Part shown: positions 60,247-64,000 of the stretch, piece by piece
How positions within the stretch are numbered: position 1 is the first letter of the stretch
Layout of the letters: each line of letters starts with the position of its first letter
NCBI GenBank assembly: GCA_014905635.1
Contig: JABVCE010000005.1
Location: 124,001-188,000, forward strand
DNA: 64,000 nucleotides
Source: Scenedesmus sp. PABB004
Taxonomy: Eukaryota
Reading direction: 5' to 3'
Translations under genes and position numbers: made by a program
The notes under the pieces: generated by a model
Database searches by the model: none
What the model was told of the DNA's origin: nothing
The model's input: the letters and a program-made list of their open reading frames with translations, nothing else

Positions 60247-61497
60247 TCACAGCAGCAGCGCGCCCGCCGCGAGCGCGAGCGCGCCGGCCAGGCCCTTGGC
60301 CAGGTGCGCGCCGGCCGCGCTGTTCATCGCGCTCGAGCGCCGCTGCCGCAGCGCCTGCGCGGTGTCGGCGCCGCCCATGGCCATGCTGCCCATGCCGAGC
60401 GTGCCGGCGCCGCCGCCGAGGCTGCCGCCGGCGACGCCCATGCCCATAGGGTCCATCGGGTTCGCCGTGAGGCTGCCGAGGCCGGAGCCGGCGCCGCCGG
60501 TGGTGGAGGCAAACACGCTGTCCCCCTCGGCGCCGGCGGCGACGCTGCCGGCGGGGGTGACGCCGGGGATGGCGGTTGCGCCGCCTGCGCGCGGGACGGG
60601 GCCGGGCGGGCGGGCCGGCGGGCGGTCAGGGGGGAGGGCGCGCGGGCGGGCGCGGGGCGCGGCCGCCTCCGGGCGGCGCGTGCGCGCGGGCCCCCGCGCC
60701 GCCGCGCCTCACCGTGGCCCATGACGCCGTCACCGGGCAGGCTGGTGGGCAGCGGGGGAAGGCCGCGGGCAGCGCGCCAGGCGCCGCGCCGCCAAAGGCG
60801 CCGAACCCAGGCGCCGCGGGGAACGCGCCGGGCAGGGGCAGCGCGCCGGGCGCGCCCGGCATGAGCGGGCCGGCCGTGGCGGCGGCGGGGAACGCGGCGG
60901 GGCCGGGCAGCAGCGGCGCCATGCCGGGCTGCGGGAAGGCGCCCGCCGCGGCCTGCGGCGCCGCCAGCGGCGCGGCGAACGGCGGCAGCGCGCCAGGCAG
61001 GGGCGCGGCGGGCAGCGGCGCGCCGTACGCGGCCGCGTCCGGCGCCAGGGGCAGCGCCGCGGGCCTGCCGGCCACGGGCTTGAAGCTCAAGGGGTCGGTC
61101 GCCGCCGCCGCGGGCATCATCTCCGGCAGCGCGGGCATGGCCGGCATGGCCGGCAGCGCGGGCATCGCAGGCAGGAAGAGGCTGCTGCTGTCCGCGGGCC
61201 CGGCGGCGCCCGTGGGCAGCAGCAGGCCCGCCATCTGGGGCGCCGCCTCGGGCTTGAGCACCACCTCCACCTTGGCCGCCTTCGTGTCGGCGCCCAGGGC
61301 CGCCTGCGCCAGCAGCACTGCGGGGCGCGATGCGAAAGGGGGCGATCAGCGTCGGCCAGCCCCAACCGACCAGGGTGCCGGCGAGAGCCTCTCTCGCGCG
61401 CGGGCCAAAAGGAGCACGCGCGTGCTTCTGAGACCCCTGGCGCCCGCGCCTCACCTAGCAGCACCGCGGCCAGGGCGCGGGAGAGGTTTGGCGCCAT
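60247..61497 (-). CDS. Putative GPI-anchored Pro/Ala/Gly-rich surface protein, paralogue of 57080-58993; one apparent 1-nt frameshift
   Basis: Signal peptide MAPNLSRALAAVLLVLLAQAALG. Shares TTGGAGSGLGSL..xPxDPMG...LGGxAGTLG with its neighbour. C-terminal LAGALALAAGALLL*. Exon 61317-60713 is 605 nt, one base short of frame. Confidence 0.72.
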
Positions 61498-61975
61498 GGC
61501 GCGACGCTGGCCGGGCTGCCGGGGCGGCTTGGGCGGCGCAGGCACCTGGAGGTAGCGTGTGCAGAGCAGGGGAGGCGTGAGCCGCAGCGCGGGCGGGCGT
61601 TGGCGCGCGTTCGGGGAGGCGGGCGGCCCGCCAGGCTGCAGCCGCCCCACCCGCTGCTGCGCCGCTGCTCGGCCGCTCGCGGCGCGAGCGCGCGGAGAGC
61701 TGAGCGCTGCGACCGCGCGGCACTGCGACCGCGCGGCGGCCTGCAAGGCGCGCCCGCGGCGCGAGCGAGCGGCGGGCGAAGCGCGCAGGTCGCGCGCGAC
61801 TCACTGCCGGCACGCGCGCTGGTGCTGGATGGCCTTGAACACGCAGGAAGAGTGTGGGGCGGCGGGGCGAGCTCGATCAGGCAACCGCAGCGGGCGGCGG
61901 GCGCTGGGCGGGCGCCCGCCAGCCGTGTGACAGGCCGTTGGCCGCCCACCGAGGATGCCGCGCACCACCGAGCTG

Positions 61976-62223
61976 CTCGGCAGCTGCCAGGGGGTCTTTC
62001 GAGCCTTCACGACCAGCGCGGTGGACCAGCGCCGGCCGCGCCCGGCGCAGCGCACGCCTGGTCCCGGGCGGCCGGCTGGGCGGCGCCGGCACGCTCGCCA
62101 GGCGCCATGCAAGCTCCCGGGCAGCTGCCGGGGAGTTGCTGGCCGCGCCAGGGAGGCCCACCAGCCGGCGGGCTAGGCCAGCGGCGCGCGCGCGTGTGCG
62201 ATCGGCGCGAGAGCTGGCGGCGC
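61976..62223 (-). repeat. ~250-bp repeat, copy B (inverted)
   Basis: Reverse complement of 59619-59866. Confidence 0.93.
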
Positions 62224-62428
62224 CGCGAGCCGCGCCGGCGCGGCCCGCCCGTGCGCGCATTGCCCACACGCCGCCTGCGAGCTCAGGTGTGCCCAGCCGC
62301 GTTTACAGCTCTGTAGACGCGCGCACCACCATGGCGACAAACTCCCTTTGAGGTGTCAAAAGCACACAAAATCGGCACGCGGCAGGAAAAACTCTACGCC
62401 CGCCGGCAGCCCGGCGTCGGCGCCGCGG

Positions 62429-63301
62429 TTACAGCCGGCCCTGCTGACGCCGCGCCTGCTGCCAGAGCAGGCCGTACGCGCCCGTCACCTCCTCCCACCA
62501 GCGCTCCTCCTCCGCGCTCATCTCGGCGGCAGCGTCCGGCGGCGCGCCCTCGCGCTCCGCTGCGCCGGCGCCGCCGCCGCCGCCGCCGCGCTGCCCCGCC
62601 TCGGCCAGGAACGCCGCGAGCTCCGCCGCGGTCGCTGCGTCGAGGCGCGGCAGGCGCGTGAGCAGGCGCGTGCGGCGCGCGGGCGGGCCGTCGCCCGCAG
62701 GCTCCCACGCGTCCTCCTCCTCGTCGTCATCGTCGAGGCTGGCGTCGATGCCGGCGCAGAGCAGCGCCTCGCGCACGTCCGCCCACTCGTCGGGGCCCGC
62801 CCAGAACCCCTCCGCCAGCGCCGCGGGCGCGGGCGCCGGCGCCGGCGGCTGCTGCTCGCGCCCGGCGGCGCCGCCGCCGGGGCGGCGCTCCAGCAGGCGC
62901 AGCAGGTCGAGCAGGCGCTGGCTCAGCGCGACGTCGCCCTCGTCCGCGCCGTGCGCGCGCAGCACGCCGACCGCAAGCGCCAGCGAGTCGCTGTCCAGCA
63001 CGCGCAGCTCGCCCAGCAGCGCCGCGCGGCCGAGCTCGTCGACGCTCGCGAGCGGCGAGCCCGCGGCGCTGCCGGGCGGCGTCGCCGCCGCCGCCAGGAT
63101 GGCCGCCGCCGTCGCGAGCCGCGCGGCCTCGTCGCGGCCGCCCGCCACCGCGTCGCGCGCGTCGGGGAGCGCCGCCACGCCGCGGCGCCGCTGCCCGGAC
63201 CGGCACGCCGCCGCCCCGCCCGCGGCGCGCCGCGCGCCGCCGAGCGAGGCCGCTGCTGCCGCCGGCCGCGTCGCCGCCGGCGCGCGCGCGTGCGGCGCCA
63301 T
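62429..63301 (-). CDS. Hypothetical single-exon protein (~290 aa), possible organellar transit peptide
   Basis: ATG 63301 (MAPHARAPAATR...), coding-like composition, acidic tract DDDDEEED, ends EERWWEEVTGAYGLLWQQARRQQGRL*. The TAA stop overlaps a TGTAA. Confidence 0.6.
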   Translation of the reverse strand: MAPHARAPAATRPAAAAASLGGARRAAGGAAACRSGQRRRGVAALPDARDAVAGGRDEAARLATAAAILAAAATPPGSAAGSPLASVDELGRAALLGELRVLDSDSLALAVGVLRAHGADEGDVALSQRLLDLLRLLERRPGGGAAGREQQPPAPAPAPAALAEGFWAGPDEWADVREALLCAGIDASLDDDDEEEDAWEPAGDGPPARRTRLLTRLPRLDAATAAELAAFLAEAGQRGGGGGGAGAAEREGAPPDAAAEMSAEEERWWEEVTGAYGLLWQQARRQQGRL

Positions 63302-63724
63302 GCCGCGCTCGCGGTCCGGCGGACGGCCTTCCGCCCGGAGGCGCGTGCGGCGCCGCCGCAGGCGAGCGTGCGGCGCTGCTGACCGGGCGCGCGGGAGCAG
63401 CGGCGCCGCCGCTGCCGCGCGCGCGTGCGGCCGGTGTGCGAGCGGGAGGCGCGCTGCGCTAGGCCATTGGTGGCGTGGCGATGCGGGGAGAGCTTGGCAG
63501 AAGGGGATTGTGAGCGGGGAGAGCCAGCAGAAGCAGCAGCTCGAAAGCCAACCTCCCAGTGCCCCAACCCCGACGGTTGCGGCTTTGCCGCGCGTTCCCA
63601 GCCGACTGAAAGAAGCACGTCGGGTCCTCGTTCGTGCGCCGAACGGCAGCAGGCGGCTCACCTCGCTCACCAGCTCCCCATCACCGCCGCCCGCCCCCGC
63701 GAGGAGGCGCGCCACCCGCCCGCA

Positions 63725-64000
63725 ATGGGCCTTAGCAAGGCCGAGGTGCTGGCGGCCCTGGACGCCGCCGGCGTGGCGTACAGCGTGCACGAGCACGCGG
63801 CGGTGGCCACCGCCGATGCGCAGGCGCGGCCAGGGGCGCGGGCGGCGCCCGGCGCGCGCCCATTGCCCGGGCTAACGCTCCCCCGCCCTGCCATGAACGA
63901 CAGGAGCAGGCGCTGAAGGGCGTGGAGGGGCTGGTGACCAAGAACCTGTTCCTGCGGGTGCGGCAGCGGCCGCCGCTGCCGCGCGCCGCCGCGCGCCGGC
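63725..64000 (+). CDS. YbaK/PrdX (ProX) aminoacyl-tRNA deacylase domain protein, possibly the N-terminus of prolyl-tRNA synthetase; partial
   Basis: Exons 63725-63823 and 63904-63957: MGLSKAEVLAALDAAGVAYSVHEHAAVATADAQEQALKGVEGLVTKNLFLR, with the H..V.T and KNLFL motifs. Confidence 0.85.

Noticed and set aside
26338..61497. A single cell-wall biosynthetic gene cluster spanning the window
   Set aside because: The glycan-related genes are separated by unrelated housekeeping genes, so co-location alone is insufficient.
1..64000. Hundreds of long overlapping Arg/Ala/Pro/Gly-rich ORFs in the supplied track (e.g. 44741-48121, 57966-60449, 39494-42169)
   Set aside because: Stop codons are rare at this GC content. 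These are shadow frames or intron read-through, not overlapping genes.
1..64000. tRNA, rRNA, transposase or retroelement genes
   Set aside because: No cloverleaf, rRNA-like, transposase, reverse transcriptase or integrase motifs were recognised by eye. A covariance-model search was not possible.

Overview
Eukaryotic, extremely GC-rich, intron-dense nuclear DNA. It is most consistent with a chlorophyte green alga: SBP-box gene, plastid transit peptide, TGTAA poly(A) signals and short CG-repeat introns; Sphaeropleales is a guess. The six-frame ORF track is mostly uninformative, so about 25 spliced genes were reconstructed by hand. The main finding is a 27-exon gene (1633-11320, ~1913 aa) that splices in frame into signal peptide + GH13 alpha-amylase-like domain + single TM + GT5 glucan synthase + multi-pass membrane domain. 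This is the architecture of fungal cell-wall alpha-1,3-glucan synthases (Ags/Mok), here in an apparent alga. Other genes: SBP transcription factor, NTAN1, mitochondrial phosphate carrier, EngA/Der, epsilon-tubulin, UBE2S, GT92-like enzyme, DUF218, RPB4, CS-domain protein, degenerate kinesin, a TPAK-repeat/RVxF protein, FkbM-like methyltransferase, BET bromodomain protein and a PrdX/YbaK protein. A cluster of four putative GPI-anchored Pro/Ala/Gly-rich surface proteins occupies 51-61.5 kb, one of them flanked by a ~250-bp inverted repeat. GC-AG introns are unusually frequent. All family calls rest on motif recognition; no database searches were run.
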